Assembly: GCA_040285855.1 (NCBI GenBank)
Contig: JAUFOQ010000001.1
Coordinates: 2,356,001 to 2,420,000, forward strand
Direction: 5' to 3'
DNA length: 64,000 bases
Origin: Eukaryota sp. GEM-RC1
Lineage: Eukaryota
Positions 24,844-37,170 of the stretch are shown in pieces (the first letter of the stretch is position 1; every line of letters starts with the position of its first letter). Under the pieces are notes generated by a model. That model searched no databases, was not told the origin of the DNA, and saw nothing but the letters and a program-made list of their open reading frames with translations. A program made the translations under genes and the position numbers.

Positions 24844-26457
24844 GTATTAATTCACTGTTGATACATTGATTCAAGTGGTCTGAAAACTATAAAGACGACA
24901 GCGGGGTGGGGGAGAAAAACAAGCTCGGAAGTTCCTCGCGGGTAACCAGAAATCTAGATTAACTCTATTAGTTTCTGTGTAACATTTCCAGAATAACTAT
25001 AGTATAAAGTTGATACACCAAGTAGAACTAGCCTAAGACTCGTGAAGATATTCCTAGCTTTTCTAGGCCAAATGTGTTTTAAACATTGACCAATGATACT
25101 GTTAAGTACACGAAACAAAGTTTGTTCGCTGCTTTTTTGTAATACATAGTGGACCTTCTGATTTATTTCTCAATTTCTGAAGGTGTTTGGATTACATTTA
25201 TCTGATGAATCTTGGATGATCAACAGGTATTTTCGTTTGGCTATTTCCCCTGCAAATTAATTAAAATATTCAACTTGCTCATGTGGCGCTAATGGTTTTT
25301 TTCATCATTTATTCAATTACCGCTTTTTATCCATCTTCGTTCAGTTATTCATGATGGTGTACGTGATTCTTGTTATTCCACATTTAAAACACATGGCTTT
25401 CACTCTAAAGTTGAACCAATTTTGAATCACCTTTTTCAAAATGAATTTTCAAATCAACAGAGAGGGTATCTCCATACTCCGTGGCTTATATCGAGTCAAT
25501 CGTAGTTAATGATTCATTAATATATTTTACCACAGTAGATTTTAGTCAAATCTTGTGTTAGTAGAAGATTTTATTCTTCTTTTAATCCATTAACAACTGC
25601 TGAAAATATCAAAAGTTCCAAGTTTGACTCTTAAATAGAAGAGTTGAATCGAAAGTCATATTACAAACTTGTGTTTCAACCTTTTGCCTTTTCTCTTTTG
25701 AATCGATTAGTACTGCTGGATTTAGAAGAACTGAACTGTGTAAGGAAAAGAGGCGTAAGTTTAGAACGACTAAATGAAAATCCGTTCTGTGTTTTCCCTA
25801 TATATAAATGTGCATTTCTATTTCGTTTCTTTCGTTGAGAAACTGTACAAAATTGGTGTGAACGTTACTGTTGAACAACTTTATCTTTTACTAGATTGGA
25901 ATGAAGTCGTTTATATTTAGTCTCAGCATGATTTGTATATTTCGCAAATTCATATTTTTGTAGGAATATTACCGTTTTTGATACCGAATAAAGTAACAGT
26001 TCGATGAAAACAGTAGCAGTAATTGCATGTACTCAATGTAATCAATTCCTATTGTACACGTTTACAACATATGCAAATTCAAATATTGATAAATAAAATA
26101 ACCGGAAATAGTTCTTGTCGATTACCTTCGTACAGTGAAGATTATATAAACGAGGATTAAAAGAAATGCAGTCTGATTTTCATTGAAGAAACTACTGATT
26201 GTTGATTCGGAGTACGTGTTTAAATACATGCTTCTTAAGAATGATGACGTGCATTCTACGTGGCGTAATGTCAAAACGAAATAGATTATTGCAACTACCA
26301 ACCCTGTTAGTGACTATCCTGATTTCTGTTATTAATAGCAAACAGCACGTCTAGACATCGACTTCCATTATTTGATGTTTTTTCTCAGACTATCTTCAGA
26401 ATTCACAAAATACTGTTATTCGCTGCTTTAAATGAAAAGACTGAACTGTTATCAACT

Positions 26458-26991
26458 TTATTCAACTATTTCAAGTTCATGATCACTATAGGATAACAAA
26501 GCATACAAATAATAATTACCGCAACGTAATCTGGGAAGAGTTCCAGTAAGAAGAAATGTCGAATTACTCACCGATTTGATTGTTATAGTAAAGTCCGTGA
26601 GATTTACATTGATTTCAAGTAATTCACCAGGGTTCCACTTGGCCTTATATCCTGAGAGACCACCCGAAACGAAACCTGCATTGGCAATACAGTAAGTATC
26701 AACTCTACAACCACCTTCAACATTAAACTTTGATTCGTCAATGACTCCAACCCAAGGACCATTAGTATCCCCCTGATACCTCAACTTCCAAGTGTAATCA
26801 TTACGTGGAAGAAGAGGATTTTCTCCCAATATATGTCTAGCTCCTCCGAAATCAAGACTTCCATAAACAACTCTCTTTCGATCCTCACTAACTTGCATTT
26901 GGGGATGTTTCTTAGTTGGGGAGAATCTAATCACTTTTGATATGGTTTCGATACAGAGGGAAGGTTCATTGAGGGGAAGGGAAAACGACAT
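26458..26991 (-). CDS. SPRY-only mini-protein (family start fused in frame to PRY/SPRY)
   Basis: 177-aa ORF: MSFSLPLNEPSLC joins SKVIRFSPTKKH through a 4-residue linker (IETI). BTB, BACK and coiled coil are deleted. Confidence 0.7.
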   Translation of the reverse strand: MSFSLPLNEPSLCIETISKVIRFSPTKKHPQMQVSEDRKRVVYGSLDFGGARHILGENPLLPRNDYTWKLRYQGDTNGPWVGVIDESKFNVEGGCRVDTYCIANAGFVSGGLSGYKAKWNPGELLEINVNLTDFTITIKSVSNSTFLLTGTLPRLRCGNYYLYALLSYSDHELEIVE

Positions 26992-27422
26992 CAGAAGAAA
27001 AGCAAAGATAATCTTTTGTTAATCACATCTCAACAACAAAACAGTGACATCGTACCTCTGTCATTCATCCTACACCTGCTCATCATATCCAATGATTCTA
27101 TCTTTTGTACTCTATTACTTTCGACTAAGAACAGAGTTCTAGTTTAGGACTTATCCAAATAAGGATAAGACTAGTGTGGGTAAAACTAGGCATTTGTTTA
27201 GTACTTTTGTACAACAAATTTATGATAAATTCTATGTGTAATTGTTTTTATTTGTGTAGAATATTGAAATAACAATAATCTAGTACGATTTTCTGCTAGC
27301 ATTGAGACTATTGAAAATTGAGGTGATGTCTTCTATTTGAATCAGCTTCAGAATTTATAAATTAATTGGAATTTCGTTTTGAATGCGGAGACTTACAAAA
27401 AGTAATGAGAATGTTATCAATT

Positions 27423-28754
27423 TTATTCAACGATTTCAATCACATGATCACTATGCCATAACAAAGCATATGGATAATAATTACCACTACTTAATCTGGG
27501 AAGAGTTCCAGTAAGATTAATTGAAGAATTACTCACGGATTTAATTGTTAAAGTGTGATTAATGAGATTTACATTGATTTCGAGTAATTCACCAGGATTC
27601 CACTGAGTTTTGTTTCCTGAGAGACAACCCCAAACATCATTACCATTGTAAAAACAGTGAGCATTCACACAACCATCATCAACACTAAACTTTGACTCGT
27701 CAATGACTCCAACAACAAGATTACTAGTAGTCCCCTGGTACCTCAACTTCCAAGTATACTCATTACCTGGAAGAAGAGGATCTTCTCCCAAGATATTTCT
27801 AATACCATCACTTCCAGCTCCAACAACTCTCTTTCTATCATCACTAACTTGTAACTCAGAATGCTTCCTGGTGTGTGAGAACCTAATCATTTTTGATTGA
27901 GAAATCATTTCAGTTTCTGTAACTTTCTTTTTTAATTCTTCAACTTCACGGTTTAACTTAGCAATACTTGATACCAAGTCAGAATTTTCTTTCACCAAAG
28001 AGTTTGCACAACCATCTTTAACTTTTGTAAACAAAAACTTCATCAAATCGGCTTCCAATTCTTTAACATCTTTTAAAGGAACAATGAGAAACTCATGCCA
28101 TTGTTGAAAAGAAAGAGCTTCAATTGAACAAGAATTTAAAACATTAAAAAATTCATTCAAATCAAAACTGTGATTCAAAATTGATTCCACCGTTGATTTG
28201 ACGAACCACGATTGAGATTGAGTGGAAGTACAGTATTTTGAAAGTGTTTTTAACCCTTCAGTAGTGATTGCCATCACATCATCAATCACAAGGTCATCAA
28301 CCTTAGAAAAGAAAGGACCAACGAATTCCAGAGCTCTCAAGTCATGTCTTTCATCTGCTTCTTTCATGAATGGTTTTAACCAAGCCCAGGTCATGAGATT
28401 AGTGTTTAGGTGGTTTTCCACTTGTACAATCAATTTGTCCACTTGGAAGTAGTGGACAAGGTAGTAGAAGTCGTAAGCATTATTCGCATTGAGAGTGAAA
28501 GATCGTCCGAAGAAGGACTTGATGAAGGCAAGAAAGTTGTTGGAATTAACAGGGAGATGGGAGAAGTCGATTGGGTTTTCATCTCTGTCACCAAACTCCA
28601 AGAACCAAAGAGATCGAAAGTAGGTAGAATGAGCAGCAAGGATGATTCTGTGTACTTCAATAGACTCTTCACCAAATGTAATGGTTTGATTACAGAGGGA
28701 AGGTTCATCTAGGATGATAGAAAGAGTCTCTGCTGGGGGAAGGGAAAACGACAT
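27423..28754 (-). CDS. BTB-BACK-coiled-coil-PRY/SPRY protein, intact
   Basis: Uninterrupted ORF from the ATG at 28754 (443 aa), short coiled coil. Confidence 0.92.
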   Translation of the reverse strand: MSFSLPPAETLSIILDEPSLCNQTITFGEESIEVHRIILAAHSTYFRSLWFLEFGDRDENPIDFSHLPVNSNNFLAFIKSFFGRSFTLNANNAYDFYYLVHYFQVDKLIVQVENHLNTNLMTWAWLKPFMKEADERHDLRALEFVGPFFSKVDDLVIDDVMAITTEGLKTLSKYCTSTQSQSWFVKSTVESILNHSFDLNEFFNVLNSCSIEALSFQQWHEFLIVPLKDVKELEADLMKFLFTKVKDGCANSLVKENSDLVSSIAKLNREVEELKKKVTETEMISQSKMIRFSHTRKHSELQVSDDRKRVVGAGSDGIRNILGEDPLLPGNEYTWKLRYQGTTSNLVVGVIDESKFSVDDGCVNAHCFYNGNDVWGCLSGNKTQWNPGELLEINVNLINHTLTIKSVSNSSINLTGTLPRLSSGNYYPYALLWHSDHVIEIVE

Positions 28755-29449
28755 CAGGATCAATGCAAAAGGAGCTGAGAAATGGTTCGGTTAAGCTCAA
28801 GTCAAAAAACAACAAACAGTGACATCGTACCACTGTCATTCATCCTACACCTGCTCACCATATCCAATGACTCTATCTTTTGTACTCTATTACTTTCGAC
28901 TAAGAACAGAGTTCTATTGCACTCCCTCTCTCCAACACTTATCTACATCATCTACATGATGATGATTCCTTCACTATGGTAAACAATGATGATATGAAGT
29001 TTTTCTTCTTTCTATTCCTCTTCACTTGATGTTCATAGACTAAGACTCAATGATAGTTCTATTAATCATGCAAATCACTTCTGACTGACATTCTAGGCAT
29101 ATCAAAGACACTCAATCTTCGTTGCCCAATTCTAATCTAAAGTACATTTTCTGGAAACATCAGCAGTCCAAGTCTTCATTCAAGCAATGATGATGAACAC
29201 ACTGCCAATTGTTCCTTAAAAGCCAATGCTGATCTATCTGATTAATATTTACTCTTTTACACAAAGATATGACAACAACGTTTTTGAAATCTAGGTCATC
29301 ATCACCTACAATAAACATCCTTTAAACTGTGGAAAAGGTGACGCCTGAAGAAGTATTATTCTTTCTGAATTCGTCACTCATGAACCAGGTTTTACAAGTT
29401 CTTTCTATCTAGTTCAATCTGTGTATGAAGAAATTTCCTACACTCTGAG

Positions 29450-30583
29450 CTTCATTTATACAGTCGACCGTTATATTACTGGACTTACTCTGTAAAAGAG
29501 GCTCTATCTAAATTGTGTGTCTAAAGCTGTGTGAGTGTAAGCTTTAGGGGTGAAGTACTAATTTCAAATTGGTCCAAAATAGTGAGTCTTCACCAATCAA
29601 TTTCTTCACTTTAAAGAGTGGACTGTTTGTCACATTTTTGGAGAATTCTCTAGCTTCACATTAAAGTCATTGCTGTTTACAACTGACTACAATGCTCTCA
29701 TATTCAGTCAAGTTCCCTATCACATCATTATCACATCAGCAAATCGTGTTTCGGAAGGATAAATTCTGTTCTCCATAGGTGCTGGATTTCATCACCACAC
29801 GATATCCAACTGACTTTTTGAGATAGTTACAACTGTTTCTTCTTAGGTATGTAGGGTTTTCTATGGGCATTTAGTAGCTATTTATAGAAATACAGGATAG
29901 TGCAGTCACAATTGGTCAAGGGGCAATTGGTGATAGAATTTGTTCATCTGACATCAACTCAAAGAACAACCCTCAGTACCTTAGTGGTTTCTTTTCAAAG
30001 AAAGTATACAATGAAATAGATGCTTCAAGGCTTCATAATTGACGAGTTCAATGGTCGCATCAGGCACGTAACCAAGGAGAACTGAAAAGAAAACGATATT
30101 AGTGTCTTTAACTGTTGTTCGAAGTTCAAAGTTCAAAGTAGGTGGAACAGCAATAGGTGCATTACTGACATGTTTTTTGTTATCAGGTGAAAAGAGGTTA
30201 TGATCATTTTTCAGGTGTTTCTTCAGAACTTTGTCTGATGCCTTCAAAGATAACGTTGTAGTGCAACCTTGAAATGAGCATTCCCGTCTCTGACACTCGG
30301 TCCCATCATCAAGTGATTACCGTACAATAAGGTTTGACGGTACAATTGGTCATGAGGGTTAAAAGATGAAGTTATCTGTCTATCTTCTTTCTTTAGAAAG
30401 GAACTTTATCTAAACTATCCTGTGCTATAATATATATAACTTAAATTACAATAAGTTCAGATCAGCTCTATAACCATTACATCTTTCTGAAGTATTACTC
30501 GAGTAACACTCTGGATTTATTACTTATTACTCTGCTTGAATAATAATTCTTTTGTACTTGAGTACAGTAATTTGCAACATCTG
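29450..30583 (-). mobile_element. Decayed hAT-like transposon 5' end with BED-finger remnant
   Basis: Minus strand reads CSFQGCTTTLSLKASDKVLKKHLKNDH (C-x4-C..H-x4-H). A TIR-like CAGATGTTGC lies at ~30583 with TTACT/AGTAA subterminal repeats. Confidence 0.45.
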
Positions 30584-30664
30584 CTAGGAAATTACATGTT
30601 TCATGAAGAAGTTCCCTGTCGACACCTAAAATAACTTTCTATTAGAGTGACACATTCCAGAAAA

Positions 30665-31040
30665 GCAGATTATGTGCGGAGAATAACACACAACAACAAG
30701 GGAACAACAAATAAATAAAGAATATTAAAACAACACGAACTATCCAATTACGAGAAGAAGTTACGACATTCATATTTGTCAGTTTAGTTTGTTACAGTTC
30801 TTTGGATTAACACATTTTATTTATTTTAAATCATTTTAAGATTATTTGCAACAATACATTTTTACATACAAATTCAGAAAATGAAAGAAGTTAAATTATC
30901 CTTATTTATACGAAAAATAACAAAATACAACTTAGAATAAATGGAATTTAAATCCTTAAAAATGATTCTGTAAAAAGAAAACAAAATTTTATTAATCCAT
31001 ACAGAACCATTAAAAATCTTGTCATCAGAACGGCATAAAA
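30665..31040 (-). mobile_element. Two adjacent RLE retrotransposon 3' ends
   Basis: 30665-30765 matches ~1805-1910, and 30870-31040 matches ~6250-6420. Confidence 0.65.
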
Positions 31041-34000
31041 GATAGAAAAAATCAATTGGAGATGTTTATTATAATGCGATTATATCTTTGTTGAGTTTTG
31101 TATTCGTGCCTTACCTTTGTATCAGCATCTTTCATCCAAGACAACAGAGTTATATGGGGACCGCCATAACTGCCACGTGGCGTGCTATGCATTCCACGTG
31201 GATCTTTAGTGGGTTAATGTTCTGATTAGGAGAATACCATTCGAAGTCTCTAAATATGTATTATAATAAATATATTGTCTTTTATTTTCATTTTTAATGA
31301 TTGTTACACGGTGTTTTGTTCTCCATAGAGTAGCACTTCTCTGAAAGGTGAGTGTGAACTTTTTGTTTCTGAGAGAGGTGTAAACAATTTATGATGAGAA
31401 ATGTATGATTTAATCATCATTGACGGTCATTGCACTTCTCGTTCTGTCCATTGTGTTGACACATTGACAATGCACCGTCGCCAACTCCAACACCTTTTTG
31501 TGTTTCATAACAGTATATCAAGAACTACTTGCAAAGAACACACAAAGAACAAGACGTGCTTACTGTTGAACTTGTCCTTCTTATATCGTGAGTTTATCTT
31601 CGATTTTCTTAACAATGTAGTCTCCTCGCTCTGGAAAAGAAGTCTAGCTTAACTGTTGATGATCATGAAGAACCACAGTTGTCGGAATCAAGTGTTAAAG
31701 GCAGTACTGAAGATGTACGATTACATTAGCAAATGCTAAAGACTACTGGTTGTGGTTTATGTTCATATTAAAGGCAATTTCAAAATTTGAAAGAGTTCCC
31801 ACTGTTATCACTGACAGACAGAAGTATATGTTGGACGCTGTTAATGATAACTCTGGATGATGGGAAACTTAGAGGACTGCTAAGTAACCGCATTGTTATA
31901 CATTATACAGTTGTTTGAAAAGATGTTTGTTATCAATAAGACGATTGGACTTTGTGAAAAACAAATATACTAACAATGATATTTATGAATTTGTGACCTA
32001 GAAGAAATGAAATTTGTATCGAAACTCCAATATTAAATGTTCTACATAAAGAAGTCAAGAGACGTCATATCTTCTCTCACTAGAAATGCTTCGGGATCAT
32101 TGGCTCGCCCTATTGATCTGAGCTGTGGGAGGGAAAACTGAAGCCCTCACTAAAAAGTCATGCAATCGTACACAGCACTATGGGTTGAATCCGACTCCTA
32201 ACCAGTAAAGTAGCTCTCTTATATTTGGATAACCAGATCTTGGTATACTAGAAACCCCTTTGATCTAAAGATTGCTTTAGTGAGCAATGAAGAACCTTTG
32301 GGTTTCGAGAATTGGAAAGGTTTCAGTGAAGAACAAGACTCCGTTTGTGAAATCTATTATGAGAGGTCAAAATGTAAAACCGCCAGTTATTATACCTGCT
32401 TTTTCTGATGAAGACCTTGTTGAATATGTCGAAGACGATACCAGTAGCAAAACAAATGTTTCTGTTAGATACAATGGTCTTCAGACCAATCGACTGCTTG
32501 ATAGGAAAAAGCGGAAGAACTTAGGTAATCTCATTAAGAACCATGAGATTGTCCAACTGGAGTCTCTTCAGTCCAACGTCATCACGTTTTTTCAAGTCTA
32601 GGCCTGTGGGCCAATCTATCGAAGAACAAACCAGTGATCCACTTCTCGGTGAGAGGTATCAACCAGGTAATAAAGATGTTGACTTTTCTCAGGAAGATCT
32701 GCTATTAGGGAACTGTTACATGCTATGAACAACCCACCGTTTACCAATTTCTTGTAAAGCTTTCACTCTCCAATTTTACCTGTAATTAACTCGACTGGAA
32801 TGGGTACGACTAGACTCTTGCTTAGTATTCTTGGAAAAATTAATTTCATCATATTGCTTCAAATATACTTCTTCAAACAAACAAATTAAAAATAATGGTT
32901 TAATCATAAATAGTCTGTTTTAGAATGGAAACAACGTCAACAGGAGCCCCAAAATGATCATACTTCATGTGAAAACCACAACAAAATTGGACAAAACAAT
33001 TGATCTTTTTCGAAGTCGTGTATGTAGTTTACAAATTATAAACTAAATTTCTGTGGTAAAATGTCAAGTGAACTTTCCACTGATTAAATAATCAAAAGAC
33101 AAAGGGGGATGAAGTTCTGAGTGGAAGACTTTTCTTCAGCCACTTACTAGAACTACACTAAAATGAAAAATTGAATCACTAACTTCAATCAAACAGTATA
33201 AAAGATATAATGAAAACAAGTATCTCAGAGATGTTCAGTCACCACTAATATAGTTAAACAGAAATAGACCTAACACTTGCTCATAAATACAGTTGCTGGA
33301 GAAGTAATAAAACTTAGTAAATATTCCTGCAAACGTCAACAAAAAAAATCATCAATGTAAAAATTTGAAGATAGAAGAGACGAATCCCTCATGTTTCTCT
33401 CATCACTAGAACAAAACCAATGAATATTAAACCAAGAATTCTTAGGAACAAGACAGTAACTTCTATAGATAGCCTTTCTCAAAAGTATTTCCAGTGAACA
33501 TGGTTTGGACCAGCAATCAGTGAAATGATGGATTCTAATGATGAAAGATCGGTAACAGGGACATCAATGGAATGATCTCAGTAATGAGTTATATCGAGAG
33601 AGGTCGAGACCATGACCAGATTGAGGTCTTTGTTGAAGAGCTAGAGAACGATGATTCATAATAGGAGTTGTTACACGACGACGAGTAAGCCTGTATCGAG
33701 ATAAGTACGGGTAGAAAAAGAGTGTCAATCGGAAAAGGAAGACTGAAACTCAAGCATCATGTACAACCGCAAGACAGAGTTGTACATTTGGAAGTACATC
33801 AGAATGTAAAGGGAAAGAACGAACCAAACCAGAGAAGAAACATCGGAAAGAGAGAAAATGGGCAACGTAGCGATGACAAGAGAAGAATGACGAAGATTAT
33901 AGAACTGTTAAGACTCAGGAGGTGGACAGAAAGAATGACTAGAGAGCAAACGTTCATGTTGAGGATGAACTTCTTCATTCACTCCATCAAGTATGGACTT

Positions 34001-35199
34001 CAACACTTGACCCCGTCTTTACGCCGTGGGACGTCGCCTTCTACTCACATTTGATCTTCATTCCTTCCTCTGTCTTTGTATCCGCGCGTGTACTATCAAT
34101 CACTCATCTCTCGTGATCACTTCATCCTTGTTTCTTGATGTCTCTACTCCTCTATCTCTACTCGTCGTTTATCTACCATATGTTTCTCTAAATGATAGGT
34201 ATTCTGCTTAATCCAGGTATCCTCCTTAGCCTTGGATTATTTACTCTACTACATGTGTATTATGTGTACTCATATCATCTTGTTTGACTGACATTGTCTA
34301 TGGTATCACGTGATCAATGATGACGTGATCGATACTCCTCGTCTTTTCTTCTGCTAATCAGTATATCTTGATACTGTGATGTGAAGAGCTGTTGGTCATC
34401 TTGAAGTTTTCGATCTTGTGATCGTTTGTTTATTAAAAAATGTTTATAAGATGTGATATTCAAAACAGAATAAAGAAAGTATTTTTGTAATCTTCTCAGT
34501 AGTAAGAAAAGGAAATTGGAAAGAAAGACAAACACTGAATTTCACTCTAGATTTCGATAAATGTTCAAATTCCACAAGACAACGGGTGAAACTTATTTTT
34601 TGGTGAACACGTCACTCAATTGTTTTGGTAGTAAGATTGTTTCAGAACTCTCTGTATACTTCTTAGGAAATCGTTACTTTTGAACTTGAAATTTAAGAAA
34701 TAGAATATTAACGAAACCATTATAAGTCGATGAGAAGTTTTTGATGAATTTTTGCTAAATCCATTGATGAATGATGACGAATCTAATAGCAGGTGATATA
34801 AATTTCTTCCAACACGCCCGTGAATAGAACAATGGAACAACAACAAATTTAAAGTAAAGGAGAAACTATGGTCATTTGAATTGCATTCTATTCTTGTATG
34901 GAGAGGATTGCTTCAAAAAACACCTCTGCGTAGGATCTTCAGTTCGAATCCCTCCCATGTCTATGATGGATCAAAACAAAAACTTAAATGGTCTGAATGT
35001 TTACACTTACTACTCAGACTGTGTTTATCTATGATTTTGTACTTTCTACTTAAACTATGAAATACCGTTATCAATGTCAATATAAAATATTAAATAATGG
35101 TAGTGCAGAAGTGTGTTAAATGAATAAAGGTCAAACTACCAGTGAATTTCATTTCAAATCGATATCACTCAAACATTCACCTTCTAATAAATCGTACTT

Positions 35200-36000
35200 A
35201 TGTTGTCTTTGTCTTCAATAGATCAACCAAACTCCATCCCAATAGAACTTAATTACTATCTTGTTGCTGGATCAAGAAAGTTTAGTGATAAGTATGTTGG
35301 ACTGCTCTTTGACGATATCCTTGACATCACAGTCGAAAACCTCACTACTCTTCTTATGAGCCATTATTCTGAAGTCGCAGCTAGACTCAGAAAAGAACAA
35401 CATCCTGAAGCTTCTTTAGAAATCTCCTTCCGTATATCTAACAACTTTGGAAAAGAAGTTCCAGCACAATTCAAGGATGGGTGATTGACTACGTCTCTGA
35501 TAATCCATGCCTTTTGTGTAAAAATTAACCCACAGGCAGCAATCAGTGCCAGATTTTATGATCAATGGGTCCGAACTAGAGAACAAGAAGAGGCTAAAAG
35601 AATTACTTTGGATGAACTAAAGAATCATCAAGCTAATTCAACATTGGTTCTTGCAGAAAACTTATGGGTGAGTTGGTTGGATCTCATTAACCAACAGAGA
35701 GCAGAAATTTCGGTTGTGCCAGAGTTGCATGTACCTTTTCTGGGAGAAGTTGTTGACAATCCCATTACAACCGACATGGCTGAAGAAATTGTGCAGTATG
35801 CTTCTGCTAGACTTTTTCGAATCAGAAAAGATGTTCTTGAATACTTAGATGCATGTGAAGCCAAGTATTTCCGAGAAATGGAGGCTTTTATTATTGGACT
35901 AGGGAAAAGAAGAAGCAGCCAAGTTTTGATGAACGCTGATATCGAACAATCACTTTCAAGAGTGTCCCGAGCTGAAGATTCTCAACATCAAAATGATTAG
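35200..36000 (+). pseudogene. Unknown ~266-codon ORF interrupted by one in-frame TGA (35482-35484), convergent with the transposase
   Basis: ORFs 35200-35484 and 35485-36000 are contiguous and in the same frame. No recognisable domain. Confidence 0.55.
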
Positions 36001-36109
36001 ATTGTTGTTGTCAATGATTGATTTAAAATAAAAATTATGTTTCAACTTCCCCCTATTAAGATTAAGATATACTATTTAAAAAATAAAAAACAAAGAAAAT
36101 TAATCTAGG

Positions 36110-37170
36110 AATTTCTCAAATTCTTTTGCTTTTTCACCATGGAGATAAGGAGACTGGTAGGGACGCAGATGACGCCAACCACTATTCTCAAATATATTTT
36201 GACACGAGAATGACATTTCTGTTCTCAATACTTTTTGCAGCAAACCAAGTTTTGATTGCTGAAAAGTGATTGTTCCCGAACCTTACGTCGTAAAAGCCTA
36301 TAAAAAGTCTCAATTGGGTTACACTCGGGACAATACGGCGGGAGTATCAAGTGTTTTACTCCCGCAAGTCGCAGAGCTCGGTCAATGTAAGGTGATTTAT
36401 GTATATTGTAACCATCAACTTTTAGTATTGATCGAGGGCCCCCGGTGGTGGATAGTATTCTGCGATAAATAAGGTCTCCAATAAAGTTGACATAACCTGT
36501 ACGAGAGAAATGTCCCTTTTGAATATGGAATAATAATAGACCGTTGACGTCGATAGCAACCATTAGGATTATTTGAATCGACTAAATGTTGGATGTTCCA
36601 CACGCAGAAGCTGACCCTTCGGACTCCAACCTTTGTTTCGAACAAAGTGTTCAGACTTGAATGAGACTTCATCTATGAACACGAGCTGTTGTGGTATCAC
36701 TACTCCGATTTGATAACGGAAAGAAAACACAACGTTTTCTATTAGCTGTTTTTTTGCTCTGCGCATTAGATTGCAACACTTCTTGTAAGTGAATCCATTA
36801 TCGATCAGAGTTCTGTGAATGGTACTCACACTAACTTTTTTCTTGAAGCTCGTAAGGATGAGTTTTGATACTTCACGTAAGAAGAGGAGAGGTTGATTAC
36901 GGATGAGGTCAAGTACAAAGGAAACTTCAGCTTGGTTAAGAAGTTGACTGGAGGAAGTGGAAGAGGGTGAAAACAGAGACCTGTTCGAAGAAATGCTACG
37001 CTCAGGGAAAATTTTTCGTAGCCAGTCACGGTAGATTGAGCAACATCAGCTTGAGTCTTGTTGAGAAAGACCAACGTATAAATGGCGCGAATCTTCGTAT
37101 CTTCACTGGCATGAAGTTTCAGACTTCGTAAGTCAGCGCCTGAGAGAAGAAGATCAATAGGAGCACCCAT
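36110..37170 (-). mobile_element. IS630/Tc1-mariner DD34E transposase, frameshifted
   Basis: HTH (STIHRTL..GFTYKK), LVFIDEVSF..GWSPKG, VDGYNIHK..LILPPYCPECNPIE, with 34 residues between the second D and E. Split over three frames. Confidence 0.88.

Larger units (their letters stand above)
22809..27635 (+). repeat. Segmental duplication, copy B
   Basis: Begins within SRP54 codon ~13 and ends inside the SPRY domain of the 27423 gene. Confidence 0.95.

Noticed and set aside
34895..34962. tRNA-like sequence with GTTCGAATCC and CTTCAAA (possible tRNA-Sec)
   Set aside because: No D arm, and the anticodon and T stems do not pair. At most a degenerate remnant.
35200..36000. Fanzor/TnpB next to the IS630 transposase
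   Set aside because: No RuvC D-E-D motifs or CxxC zinc finger, and the ORF is too short.
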